NCBI GenBank assembly: GCA_002269645.1
Contig: NIVC01002149.1
Coordinates: 1-64,000 of the forward strand
Length of the DNA stretch: 64,000 bases
Origin: Macrostomum lignano
Lineage: Eukaryota
Direction of reading: 5' to 3'
Every line of letters starts with the position of its first letter. Within the stretch, counting starts at the first letter, position 1. Positions 49,811-61,563 of this stretch are shown here, in pieces. The notes under the pieces are model-generated. The model searched no databases. It was not told the DNA's origin and worked only from the letters and a program-made list of their open reading frames with translations. A program made the position numbers and the translations under genes.

Positions 49811-50267
49811 GGGGGGATAGCTGATCGACCAATTGAGGAAGCTCAGAGAGAGTTGATAGTGGAAATAGAGACAAGCAGTTAAACTTTGAGTTCAAAATCT
49901 ACTTTAGATTCTGCATTTGAAAAATGTTGCCCAAGTTCACAGTCAAATTTCATAGTTATCAAACTCTGTCAAATTTGCAATTTTTCTAGCCTGCAACTTT
50001 CTGTCTCCATGGCAACCAGCCGTTAGTACCGACCCGCAGCAGCCGCCTCTCTCCCGCCTTCTGCACGGCCAAACAATAAAGCTGTTTACCCGCCCTGTTC
50101 AGTTGTGGAACTGCGCTTGAAGTGTTTGATAGGTCATGTGCAGCCACCAGGCTATCAGTTGCAGACTGAGGGAGGCTCCAGCTTCGTTCGCCTGGCCAAT
50201 GGAGGAGGCCCTTCTCACTGTTGAGGACACCAGCGTGAACCACTTATGCTGCTGATGACCTGCAATA

Positions 50268-50875
50268 TGAGCTGGTCTCTGAGCTGGTCTCTGAGCTGGT
50301 CTCTGAGCTGGTCTCTGAGCTGGTCTCTGAGCTGGTCTCTGAGCTGGTCTCTGAGTTTTGAGCTGGTCTCTGAGCTGGTCTCTGAGCTGGTCTCTGAGTT
50401 TTGAGCTGGTCTCTGAGCTGGTCTCTGAGTTTTGAGCTGGTCTCTGAGCTGGTCTCTGAGCTGTGAGCTGGTCTCTGGGCTGAGATGGTCTCTGAGCTGG
50501 TCTCTGAGCTGTGAGATGGTCTCTGAGCTGTGAGATGGTCTCTGAGCTGTGAGATGGTCTCTGAGCTGTGAGCTGGTCTCTGGGCTGAGATGGTCTCTGA
50601 GCTGGTCTCTGAGCTGTGAGATGGTCTCTGAGCTGTGAGATGGTCTCTGAGCTGTGAGATGGTCTCTGAGCTGTGAGATGGTCTCTGAGCTGTGAGATGG
50701 TCTCTGAGCTGTGAGATGGTCTCTGAGAGCTGTGAGATGGTCTCTGAGCTGTGAGATGGTCTCTGAGAGCTGTGAGATGGTCTCTGAGCTGTGAGATGGT
50801 CTCTGAGAGCTGTGAGATGGTCTCTGAGCTGTGAGATGGTCTCTGAGCTGTGAGCTGGTCTCTGAGCTGGGCTAT
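50268..50875. repeat. 12-21-bp minisatellite
   Basis: GAGCTGGTCTCT grading into GAGCTGTGAGATGGTCTCT. Confidence 0.93.
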
Positions 50876-51443
50876 GAGACGTGCCATTCATTTGGGGTAT
50901 GCTATGACCCCAGTAGTAAATTGCAGAGCTGAAAAGGTAATGAGAATTAAAAGTACATTCAAATATGCTCAGGAGACAAAGTTCTGCAAGCCATTTGCTA
51001 TTGAGCAATCAATAAAAGCTTCTTGGAACTCGCAAGCCAGAATTTGTGGCGCAGCTCCGAGAGCTCCGACGCTATTGGAGCAAAATGATTCGCTTAGCAT
51101 TTGGCTAAAAGTGTGCCCCCGCAATGTCTGTCTTGCTGAGCGATTTTCCAGCACTGAAGAAACTCAGCTGGCCGCTTGCCTGTCTTTTAGAAGATCGTGT
51201 CTCTTTAGAAACGCGTTGCTGAAGAAATTTAAAGTTTTCTGGGACAGTACAAGACTCTTTTTTTCGAGTAGCTTTGGAGCAGAAAAGAATTGGCCGCCTG
51301 GGTAGCGAAGTAAAACCAACAGAAAATTTCCTGCTCACTAATCAGCTCTGGGAAGTTCCAGGTGAGCAGAAGTGAGTCAGTTTTGTGCGGTTTAAAATCA
51401 TGTGTGGGGATCGAGAGTCTGACTGTAAGGCTCTGGAGGCCCA

Positions 51444-52056
51444 TAGTCATCTCTGTCAGGAGTGAGTCCCTGAGGTGAGGGTGTTGGGTGCTCAGAGTCA
51501 TCTCTGTCAGGAGTGAGTCCCTGAGGTGAGGGTGTTGGGTGCTCAGAGTCATCTCTGTCAGGAGTGAGTCCCTGAGGTGAGGGTGTTGGGTGCTCAGAGT
51601 CATCTCTGTCAGGAGTGAGTCCCTGAGGTGAGGGTGTTGGGTGCTCAGAGTCATCTCTGTCAGGAGTGAGTCCCTGAGGTGAGGGTGTTGGGTGCTCAGA
51701 GTCATCTCTGTCAGGAGTGAGTCCCTGAGGTGAGGGTGTTGGGTGCTCAGAGTCATCTCTGTCAGGAGTGAGTCCCTGAGGTGAGGGTGTTGGGTGCTCA
51801 GAGTCATCTCTGTCAGGAGTGAGTCCCTGAGGTGAGGGTGTTGGGTGCTCAGAGTCATCTCTGTCAGGAGTGAGTCCCTGGGGTGAGGGTGTTGGGTGCT
51901 CAGAGTCATCTCTGTCAGGAGTGAGTCCCTGAGGTGAGGGTGTTGGGTGCTCAGAGTCATCTCTGTCAGGAGTGAGTCCCTGAGGTGAGGGTGTTGGGTG
52001 CTCAGAGTCATCTCTGTCAGGAGTGAGTCCCTGGGGTGAGGGTGTTGGGTGCTCAG
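51444..52056. repeat. 51-bp minisatellite, 12 near-identical copies
   Basis: Unit GAGTCATCTCTGTCAGGAGTGAGTCCCTGAGGTGAGGGTGTTGGGTGCTCA. Confidence 0.96.
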
Positions 52057-52689
52057 AATCATGTCATACAGCCTCATCAGACCGTGTCCTCAAATGAGTC
52101 TCAAACTCCTTCAGGCCACGAGTCGTCGAACTCGAGCAGCAGCCAGCAGCAGCAGCCGCCTCATCAGCAGAAGCGCCAGACAGCCAGGTCACAGCCGCTG
52201 CACCCCCCGATCCGGCTGCCACCAGCCGCCATGGCCGCCGCGGCCCTGATGGACGCGGACTGCCGCGAGCTGCTGCGCCGTCACTTCGAGCAGAAAATCA
52301 ACAAGCGGCCGACCGCGACCTCCCTTGGTGCCGCTGGCGGGCAGCGGCGCAAGTACGAGCTGGTGGCCGCCTTCAGCGTCATCTCCGGCGACATCGTCAG
52401 CTACTGGGTGTACCGGGATCGAGTCCCGTTCCAGCTCACGGAGCGGCGCAGGCGGATCATCCGGACATACTACCGGACAGGCGAGTGGAACCTGCTGCTG
52501 TACGTGAACGGCTCCGAGTTCGAGCACTACATGCCGCTGGATTACGTCACGGCTCGGTGCGAGCACGAGCGAAGGTTGAGACGTCGCCATGTGGAGGCGG
52601 CGGCGGCCGAGGCTGCGGCGGAGGCGGCCGGCCGGAAGTCCATCCGGTTTATGCTGGGCCGGGGAACCCCGCCGATGGCAGCTAAATAA
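52057..52689 (+). CDS. Orphan protein, terminal coding exon (or 152-aa ORF from ATG 52231)
   Basis: GC3-rich like the confirmed exons; GCCGCCATGG Kozak context at 52231; in-phase acceptors at 52056, 52071 and 52080; candidate 16-nt upstream exon 51346-51361. No recognised domain. Confidence 0.65.
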   Translation, partial: NHVIQPHQTVSSNESQTPSGHESSNSSSSQQQQPPHQQKRQTARSQPLHPPIRLPPAAMAAAALMDADCRELLRRHFEQKINKRPTATSLGAAGGQRRKYELVAAFSVISGDIVSYWVYRDRVPFQLTERRRRIIRTYYRTGEWNLLLYVNGSEFEHYMPLDYVTARCEHERRLRRRHVEAAAAEAAAEAAGRKSIRFMLGRGTPPMAAK

Positions 52690-52821
52690 CAGGGGCGCTG
52701 AACATGCGTTGTTTCTCATATACACTTAACTAGCTTTGAGTTGGCAATGCTCTTGGCCTGCCAGTTTCCAATATGCTAGATGTGAACCTACTGGTGCCAG
52801 CAGCTAGAAGGCGCTAGTTTG

Positions 52822-53205
52822 ACCAGAGTGTCACCTGTTAGACAGGAGTGTCACCTGTTAGACAGGAGTGTCACCTGTTAGACAGGAGTGTCACCTGTTA
52901 GAAAGGAGTGTCACCTGTTAGAAAGGAGTGTCACCTGTTAGACAGGAGTGTCACCTGTTAGACCAGAGTGTCACCTGTTAGACCAGAGTGTCACCTGTTA
53001 GACCAGAGTGTCACCTGTTAGACCAGAGTGTCACCTGTTAGACCAGAGTGTCACCTGTTAGACCAGAGTGTCACCTGTTAGACAGGAGTGTCACCTGTTA
53101 GACAGGAGTGTCACCTGTTAGAAAGGAGTGTCACCTGTTAGACCAGAGTGTCACCTGTTAGACCAGAGTGTCACCTGTTAGACAGGAGTGTTACCTGTTA
53201 GACAG
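52822..53205. repeat. 20-bp minisatellite, ~19 copies
   Basis: Unit GTGTCACCTGTTAGAC(A/C)(G/A)GA. Confidence 0.94.
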
Positions 53206-54231
53206 TGTTACCACAATTTTATTAAAAGAGCCAAGCTTGGAAGGCGCCATTCTTGATGCAAAATTTATTTCATTTATTGCAAAATTAACGATAAAAAAGG
53301 CAGGAAAATCTGCATTCTTGAATTGAATAACATCGGGTGAGATCTCAGGAAGCTGTTTAACGCAGAAAGTACAGAATAATGTTGAAATATCATCTTGTTC
53401 ATGCTGAGCCGTATTGTTATACATAAAATTATTATTTTGTTTTTATAGGCAAAGATTAATTAGTGATTAACATTTCACTGCTATCATTAATATGAATACC
53501 ATGCGCAAAAAACTTAGATTGACCGTTAAAATCTGTCGACAAAGTTGTGTACTTCGAATCTAGCAATACGAGCGTACTATCAATTGAGAAAACCAATTTG
53601 GATGTAAAAATATCTCTGGGTTGAGTATGAATATTGAATAATACTGCCAGTGTAATCTAGATTAGATATTGCCAAATATGCAACATTGTCTCGGCATTTT
53701 AGAGTCAATTCATCACCCATTCATGTATTTAGCATTTTTTAGTTTTTCCAATGAATAACTAACACACCACTGATTTAGTCTACTATAAGTAGTTTGGGGT
53801 AGGCAAAGTGAAATCTTCACTGAAGGCAGATTTTTGCTGCTGCAAAATGTACGAGTATCAGCAAGGCGCATAGTAATCTTGCTTGTTGGGTGGAACTTTT
53901 GATTATTTTAATTTTTGGTTATAGTTATGATAGAGTTCTTACACTCAGTATACGAATTTCATCGTGGTGTGTCAAGACAAGAAAAATAAACGCTTGTAGA
54001 TTTAAAGTGTATTTTAAACGAGAGAGTCTGGAACATCAACTCTTCCTCAAAAACTTGTTTTGATCTCACTTTGTAATAAATCTCTGTATTAAACACAATA
54101 ATATCAAAGTTGGAATATCATTCAAGGTATTTGCCTGCTCATTCATTTGAGCAGGCAAATTTGTACGCTATAAAAGGCTACAACAGTGACGAATCATTTT
54201 GCCAGGAGTTAGCGGAATGGGTGGCAATGCC

Positions 54232-55349
54232 TCATTTCTTCAGAGCCAGCAGCTTTAGCTGAAAGTCGCTGTGCAGCCAAAGAATGTCGATCATGTCGCT
54301 CCGGGTCTTCCACTGAGAAGAAACAAGGTGCTGAACATTTGGGCTTTTCCATGCAGTGTAACCTCTTTTTGTGAAGAAATCCAGAATCTTCATCCTGTCT
54401 TGCTCCGTTGACAAGCTACCCTGCCACTCCATTTGTACCGCCCAAATTTTGAAATCGTTGAACAGACTGCCTGACGACTCCAAAAAAGTAGCTTCCCCTT
54501 TCTCAATGTCCATCTTCATTACTACATCCTTAGTCTTGATTAGGCGGCTGAGCTTTTCGCTGCGAATCGGCATGATGGGAATCGTGTCATTAAGCCAGTT
54601 TTCCTCTGAACCTTCGTTCATCGAACTCTTTCTACCGGCACCAACGTTGCATTCCTTAGGGAATTTAAGATACCGGAGCTGCTGGTTGTTTCCGATGAAG
54701 TTCCAAATGAGAGTAGCCTTTAGTGATAAAGCTTGTAGGGTAAGATGCAGCCTCAACAGGTTGCGGATGTTGGCATCCAGAGCTAGCGTTGGTAAACCCA
54801 GCTGTGCAGCCTGAACAGTGTACACCCCGATGTTGCTACCGATGTCCAAGAAAGTTACGCCTGGAATCTGCTGGGCAATCTTTAAGATGATCCGGGCTAA
54901 CTCTGGCTCCCAAGCTTTGTTCTTCCGGATTGCATCCGAAATATAATCTTCGCCATTGTAACCCCTGATGGGCGTTTCTGCGCCGCGAATGTTAACCATG
55001 GGGATAATCTCACTTTTCTGTCGCACGATGCCGAGCAGCTTCTCCGGAGGCGGTGTTTTCAACTCGCAAATAGGGAATCCATTCTTTGACCGTTAGTAGG
55101 CCCCCGTGCCTCGGCACAGCTGGTGGCGCAAAATAGGACTTAGAAAATTGATCGACGGAGCTCCTGATAAGCTGGGCACTTTTTCTCCCCTGGATCTAGT
55201 TTGTCTGCCTTGATCTCGGACAGTTTGACAATGCTGTTGTGGCTACGCTCTCGAGACACTGCAATGTATACTACGTAGGTCAGAAGCGCTGCCAGAGCGA
55301 GCCACAGGCAAATGGTGCTCATCCCACCGAGAGTTCGTTGCGCCGTCAT
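54232..55349 (-). CDS. FkbM-family (Methyltransf_21) SAM-dependent methyltransferase with probable N-terminal membrane anchor; N-segment out of frame
   Basis: ORF 54232-55062 has TFLDIGSNIGVYTV (motif I) and VMKMDIEKGE..AVQMEW. ORF 55140-55349 encodes a hydrophobic anchor (ICLWLALAALLTYVVYIAV). The junction contains stops and a frame change. Confidence 0.75.
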
Positions 55350-55805
55350 GTTATTGACAGTGTAAGATGATCCACAGTAGAATGTTTTTGTGCAGTGGTT
55401 TCGTTTGTTGTCAAAAACGGATTTAGCTACCGCAGAAACGGCTCTTACGCCTTCACGCCTTTAGTAGAAAAAAAAATTCTTATGAGCTGGCTCGTTTCTG
55501 ATGTTTGGGATTCTATTCATCAGCGTAGCTTGCGGAATGGCCATAGACTATTTCAGCATATTTTTTACACCCCCGTAGCCTGCGATAGCAGGCGGATTTG
55601 CTTATACTCGTAGCAATAAAGGATAAATATGAGAGCAAAAAACAAAGTGGAGTGGGGTGAATGGACGGGTGGGTGGGTATAAATGACACAGTAAAATTGT
55701 GGGATTCATCAAACCAAGAAAGCTTGAAGCTACATTTTCAAAGTCAAGTGCCAATTAATTAATTAAATCGTCAGCAGCTTTATTATTTAGTGCAATACTT
55801 TCCGA

Positions 55806-56174
55806 GTGTCGGAGAGTGTTTGCATGGCTGCGGCTCAAGTGCATTTTGATCCGAATACCGACTCCGAACTAGAGGAGGAAGGCTGGCTAACAGCGGATGA
55901 GGGTGAAGATGAAGAAGAGGAGGACATGCATCTCCAGCCAAATGAAGACGCCGGAGGCTTGCCAAATGATGCTTGGGTGGCATGGGAAGCTGGGAAGTGC
56001 GAAACGAACTGGTCATACAGCAGAAGCAACAGACAGTTGTGTCGTACAACAGATTTATGGGTGGTGTCTGGGGGACTGTGCGCAGCCCCCTGCTTTGCCG
56101 ACTGGCATGCCGCTCAGGTGGAACTTAAATTTGTTTTTAGTTTTCAAAGCCAAAGGCAGCTCATATTTAATTGA
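55806..56174 (+). mobile_element. Possible internally deleted piggyBac-like remnant
   Basis: Acidic N-segment (DSELEEE..DEGEDEEEED) fused directly to LCAAPCFADWH, resembling the piggyBac C-terminal cysteine-rich domain end. No catalytic core; TTAA termini not found. Confidence 0.4.
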
Positions 56175-57009
56175 TAAACAATATGCGGCATTACTTCGGT
56201 TTTCCGCTCTAAATTATTTTCCGGATTCTTTTAAACCTACAGTCTACCAATGTAAAAGAAACAAGTAAAAAGTCACAGGGTAAAAAGTCAACAGTGACAC
56301 AATGTAATAGTTCAAACTCCAAAGCAGGAAAATGAAGCAGATTTCTGAATTCCGGAAAATAATCAGTAACGCAGGTTTAAAAGCATTAAAGTATTCATTT
56401 CTGAAAATCAAGAAAATAATTTAGAGCGAGAAAACAAAGTTATACCCAATATGCCATCTGGTTATAAACAGGTTATGTTATTGTTTCTGTTTCGCTGTTA
56501 AACATTGTTTATACGTTATAGCAATTTATCTTCTTGATTTTTACTGTTTCTTATTAAAAATGACTACGTCAGATAGAAAAACTCGTTGACCGTGATTCAC
56601 AAATGTTTTCTGTATAGAAAATAGTCATGGCCTGCTCAGCAGGCCAAAGCCGCAAGCTACGGTTATGCAGACTTATTTTTCGAAACAGCATTCAAATGAT
56701 TCGCAAGCCATAGACCATTAGCAATGGCCTGCAGAGCAGGCCACCCGCATCCTCGGGGTTTTAATGCAAATTCGCTCGATGTCTGAATAGACTACTCTCT
56801 ACTGGGCATATGAACGCGCAAGACTATCGATTTTTGCTAAAGATATCAGAGCGAAAGCAAGGAGTATATATATTGACTTTTCTGCTTTGCAAGAGCGCTA
56901 TTTCGTTTTCATTGAAAGCAAGTAAAAAATTGTCTAAATGGCTGCCGGAGGAAGAACGCATGAAGACCGAGTGCTGGCAAATATCGAAGAGTTGAAATAT
57001 ACAAGCGAA

Positions 57010-59190
57010 GATTTCTGTGCGGCGACTTGTACCAGCACTAGTACCTCTGTAAACGAAGATGGCATCCCGATTCGCAATTCGCATGCACCAGTTTCGGAAG
57101 AATTAGTCCATAGCATTGAAGTGGCAATCAATGCTGGAGTTACGAGAAGCTCTCCTTTTCTCTCCCATTTCTTTCGAGAAGCTGTGGAAAATGAAGTGGA
57201 AGGTATACAGCTTGCATTTTACAGACGAGGCATACAATTGCCCAAGGCTACGCCATGACCGAAGTACAAGGCTACGGTAAGATGCTGACGCTGTTCCTGA
57301 CAGAGAGCTGGTGTTGCCACGACTAATCAGGGAGAAGCCACTAGAAATAATTCGGAGTGACGATGCGGCTGATAATACGTACCCACCTGTTCTGTCACGC
57401 TTTGACGTGGAAGACGCTAGCTAGTTCTGCTCCACCAGAACCAACTGCGTCTTGCTCTACATCATTTCTAAGACTGCATGCATCGTCCAGCAAAGTAGCT
57501 GGAAACCTACGACGAAAGCTGTGTCGGCAGGAGAAGACGATCGATAAGCTGCGGCGCAAAATCGAAGACTCACAGGTTGGAAAGTTCTGCAGCAGCAGCA
57601 GCGCCCTCCACCGTCTAGTGCAGAGCTCTATGAAAAAAACAAAGTCTCGCTACCGCAGCATGTGTTGGGCTGTCGAAGACATCTGCTCTGCTATTCAAGT
57701 GCATCACAAAAGTCCTGCCGCGTACCGACTTCTGCGAGATCAATGGAAGATGTCATTTCCATCAGAGACGTCAATTAAGCGGCGCATCAGATTGTTTTTT
57801 CAGGAAGAGGGCGTCTGTGAAGTTACCATGAAGCTGATGAGAAAAAAGTTGCAAGACTGCACAGAGCAAGAGCGAGTGGCCACTCTTTGCTTTGATGGAA
57901 TGAGCTTGTCAGGATGTGTGCGTTACAGCCAGTACAAGGACAAGATAATTGGCTTTGAGACTAATCCTGCTCAAGCGGATGCACCAAAAGTTGTAGACGA
58001 AGCGGTAGTAGGCGTAGTTCGCGGTATTTTGCACAACTGGAAGCAGTCGATTGCATATTACCCTGTGCATCGGAGTCACGGACAGGAAGGTTTTCGTAAC
58101 ACGATTGAAAGTTGTCTGACGGCGTGTCATCATGCAGGAATTATCGTTGTAGCTTTGGTTGCAGACCAAGAGACAAGCCAGTGGAGCTACCAAGCTCTTC
58201 CAAGCCGTTTCTGCACCACCCAGTGACAAACGAACCTGTTTTTGTCATCATTGATATCCCTCACTGCCTGAAAAATTCGCGAAATGCTTTGTTTAAGAAC
58301 GAAATTGTGTTCGACAATTGCAAAACAGCAAAATGGAAGCATGTTACGGACTTCTATCAGGCCGATAGTCGCAACAAGCTTAAATTGGCACCAAGGTTAA
58401 GCGACAGTCACTTCAACCTACAGGTTGGAAACAAAATGAAATTCAGCCATTCAGTCGCCAGTGGAATCCGAACTTCGGTGTATCACAAAATAATAGAATC
58501 CGATGGAGAGCAAACAGCAGAATTTTTAGATAGAATTAATGGCATATTTGACATTCTTAACTCAGCTCACTTATTCGATAAGGGTCTAAAGCGCCCCCTT
58601 TCTCGAGATATTCTTGAAGAGCAGATCACAGAACTGGAGGCAGCTGAAAGCTTCTTACACAGTTGGAAATTTAGACATCACAGCGGAAGGAAGCAAAAGG
58701 CGACCAGTGCTCTGCTGGCGTCACAGCAGCATGCATTACTCAAGCGCCAAATTTACCTGCCGGTTCAAGCGCATCTTTTGCCGAAACCGTGCCGACGACA
58801 CGCACAGATGAGGGACTCCAATGCATTTTGCAGCCGTTTGCTTCTCCTGACACATAAATCGAAGCCATGGAATATGTTGCTGGCTACGTGTTAGCAAAAA
58901 GTAGTGCACTGGATTGCCTGGATTGCAAGGAAACTCTGACCGCTCAAATCCCATCTGGAGTTCACTTGGCCAACAAGCAGTAGAGTGTCGTTCCAACTGG
59001 ATTGACAGCACCATCGGAAGCAGTTCTGGAAAGTTTCATGCTGTTGGAATCTTTATTTGGCTCATTGCCGAAGACTACATTGCTGCAGAATCACGTGAGC
59101 CATTCAATATTGACACGCTTCCGACGCGCAAATGTGACCCTCCCCTCAGTGCGATGCTCAGCAAGCAGAAAGATGAGTAAACGCAATTAA
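57010..59190 (+). pseudogene. Decayed THAP + P-element (THAP9-like) transposase
   Basis: Broken THAP (CAATC..HQFRKN*..KW..VYSLHF..RLR*DADAVP); core TLCFDGMSL, WKQSIAYY, VALVADQ, IDIPHCLKNSRNAL, LAPRLSDSHF..KMK; C-terminal EYVAGY..CLDC. Multiple stops, frameshifts and deletions. Confidence 0.9.
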
Positions 59191-59349
59191 CCTTTGTGTT
59201 TGTATTAAACATTTAATTGTATTTCGTTCTTTTTCACATTCGTTAACTTCAATTTGTTCATAAAATTTGCTTCAACTACCGGGTAAGTAGCTAGCTTAAA
59301 CTATAAAGTGTTATTTTGTTTTCAGAAACGCTTTTTTCGTGCCCAAATG

Positions 59350-59516
59350 CTGAGATGTCAAGGGGGGAAGTTGATATGGTAAGGCTTGTCGGGGGGAATT
59401 GCTGAAATGTCAAGGCTTACAAGGGACTGCTGAAATATATTGCAAAGAGACGCTACATGTAGTTTATTAAAAAAACTTGTACTGCATTTTTGGCTCCCCA
59501 ATGGGGGGCGCTGATT
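59350..59516 (+). repeat. Dispersed ~165-bp repeat, copy 2
   Basis: Aligns by eye with 2912-3075. Confidence 0.85.
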
Positions 59517-59729
59517 GCTAGTCATAATGTAAATATAAAAGTAAAATTTTACTTGGTGCACAAGTATATCCAAAAAACTCTATACAGACGCCCAATTGAA
59601 AGTAGCTTATTCATGAAATAGGCGAGTGACCCATCTAGTGTTTTTATTATCTACGCATGGTAACTGATATATCACATTATGAACCTCTGGACTGCAAATG
59701 GAGCAAATATGCTTTATATGCGTCCAAGT

Positions 59730-60152
59730 CCCGCATCAAGCACTGGCCATAGACAGTCGCTATTACGGCCGCATCAAGCGACTGGAGGCATTGGCCATAG
59801 ACAGTTCGCTATTCCGGCTGCATCAAGCGACTGGAGGCATTGGCCATAGACAGTTCGCTATTCCGGCCGCATCAAGCGACTGGAGGCATTGGCCATAGAC
59901 AGTTCGCTATTCCGGCTGCATCAAGCGACTGGAGGCATTGGCCATAGACAGTTCGCTATTCCGGCCGCATCAAGCGACTGGAGGCATTGGCCATAGACAG
60001 TTTGCTATTCCGGCCGCATCAAGCGACTGGAGGCATTGGCCATAGACAGTTCGCTATTCCGGCCGCATCAAGCGACTGGAGGCATTGGCCATAGACAGTT
60101 CGCTATTCCGGCCGCATCAAGCGACTGGAAGCACTGGCCATAGACAGTTCGC
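59730..60152. repeat. 49-bp minisatellite, ~8-9 copies
   Basis: Unit GCATCAAGCGACTGGAGGCATTGGCCATAGACAGTTCGCTATTCCGGC(C/T). Confidence 0.94.
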
Positions 60153-60400
60153 TTAAAGATTGTCAGAACTTTACAATTTTTGCTGCTTGTGAGTTGCCCT
60201 GTCACTTTTTTAGACTTGCAAAATCTATGAAAGGCCACCCCCTGCAAACCTTACTTGGATTAAGTTCAATGCGCACATCCCCACGAGCCCGTGCGCACAA
60301 AATCATTTGAATCGCAGATGTCCATGAGAAGAGATATTGTCAATTATAATCCTTCTACTTAGCTGTCCATGAGCCTGCGACGCCTACTTAGCACCGATAG

Positions 60401-61563
60401 CTAGCCGCTACTATGCAAGGGTTTGGACTCCTCGTTGCCAGCCGCATGTTTGGACTGCTCGCCCAGAATCAGCACCTGATCGTAGATGCCCGTCTCCTCT
60501 TCCACTTGCGGTCCGCTAGCCGAGAAGAGATGCACAGCCTGAGAGTAGAACATGGCGCTGATGCGGCTGCCCAGGCCTTGGTAATCCTCGCTCCGCTGCT
60601 CAGCTTGCTGCTGCTGCTCTGTGGCCGCTCTGGCCTTGAGCACCTGCTTCTGCTCGGAGGGTCAGGTAGAAGTCGAATCTCGGTTTTGGTGGCTTTGGTT
60701 GCTTTCCGGTAAAATTGGTTTGCAGTCACACAGGTGCAGAGTGATTCAGACAAGACCGGAGCCTCTCCCTGACACACAAGCTGCAGCCCCTGACACACCC
60801 AAACTGCAGTCCCTGACACACCCAAACTGCAGTCCCTGACATACCCAAAAATGAACTTCTGACACACCCAAACTGGAGCCCCTGACACACCCAATCTGCA
60901 GTCCCTGACACACCCAAACGGCAGCCCCTGACACACCCAATCTGCAGACCCTGACACACCCAAACGGCAGCCCCTGACACACCCAATCTGCAGACCCTGA
61001 CACACCCAAACTGCAGCCCCTGACACACCCAATCTGCAGCCCCTGACACACCCAAACTGCAGTCCCTGACACACCCAAACTGCAGTCCCTGACACACCCA
61101 AACTGCAGTCCCTGACATACCCAAAAATGAACTTCTGACACACCCAAACTGGAGCCCCTGACACACCCAATCTGCAGACCCTGACACACCCAAACGGCAG
61201 CCCCTGACACACCCAATCTGCAGACCCTGACACACCCAAACTGCAGCCCCTGACACACCCAATCTGCAGCCCCTGACACACCCAAACTGCAGTCCCTGAC
61301 ACACCCAAACTGCAGTCCCTGACACACCCAAACTGCAGTCCCTGACACACCCAAACTGCAGTCCCTGACACACCTAAGCTGAGCCCCTGAAATCTGACAT
61401 CTCGAATCGCACTCCCTGACTTTCGCACACGAAAGTAAAGGCCAAATCACCTGCATCCTGGCGTAGAGAATGGCCAGAGTGGCAGCGGCAATGAGGATGG
61501 CTGCCAGCGGAATCGCCCCAGCCAGGAGCATCGGGCCGAGGCGCAGTCGGTCCGGGCCCTCCC
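60401..61563 (-). CDS. Last two exons of a single-pass membrane protein with cytoplasmic Tyr motifs (upstream exons probably at ~62030-62150 and ~62490-62710)
   Basis: Exon 61451-61563 (TM MLLAGAIPLAAILIAAATLAILY; CAG|GTGATT donor) splices in frame to exon 60401-60649 or 60643 (tail with EDYQGL and GIYDQV). Confidence 0.6.
60770..61385. repeat. 23-bp minisatellite, ~26 copies (intron)
   Basis: Unit CTGCAG(T/C/A)CCCTGACACACCCAA(A/T). Confidence 0.94.

Noticed and set aside
48084-49895. 577-603-aa ORFs (GEGQ, RDRV and PSPC repeats) as adhesive or structural proteins
   Set aside because: They are reading frames of a stop-free 12/9-bp repeat, open on both strands, with no signal peptide or non-repetitive domain.
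56700-59700. TIRs for the P-element copy (CATAG at 56709, CAAGG at ~56858)
   Set aside because: No matching inverted copy or TSD found downstream of the transposase.
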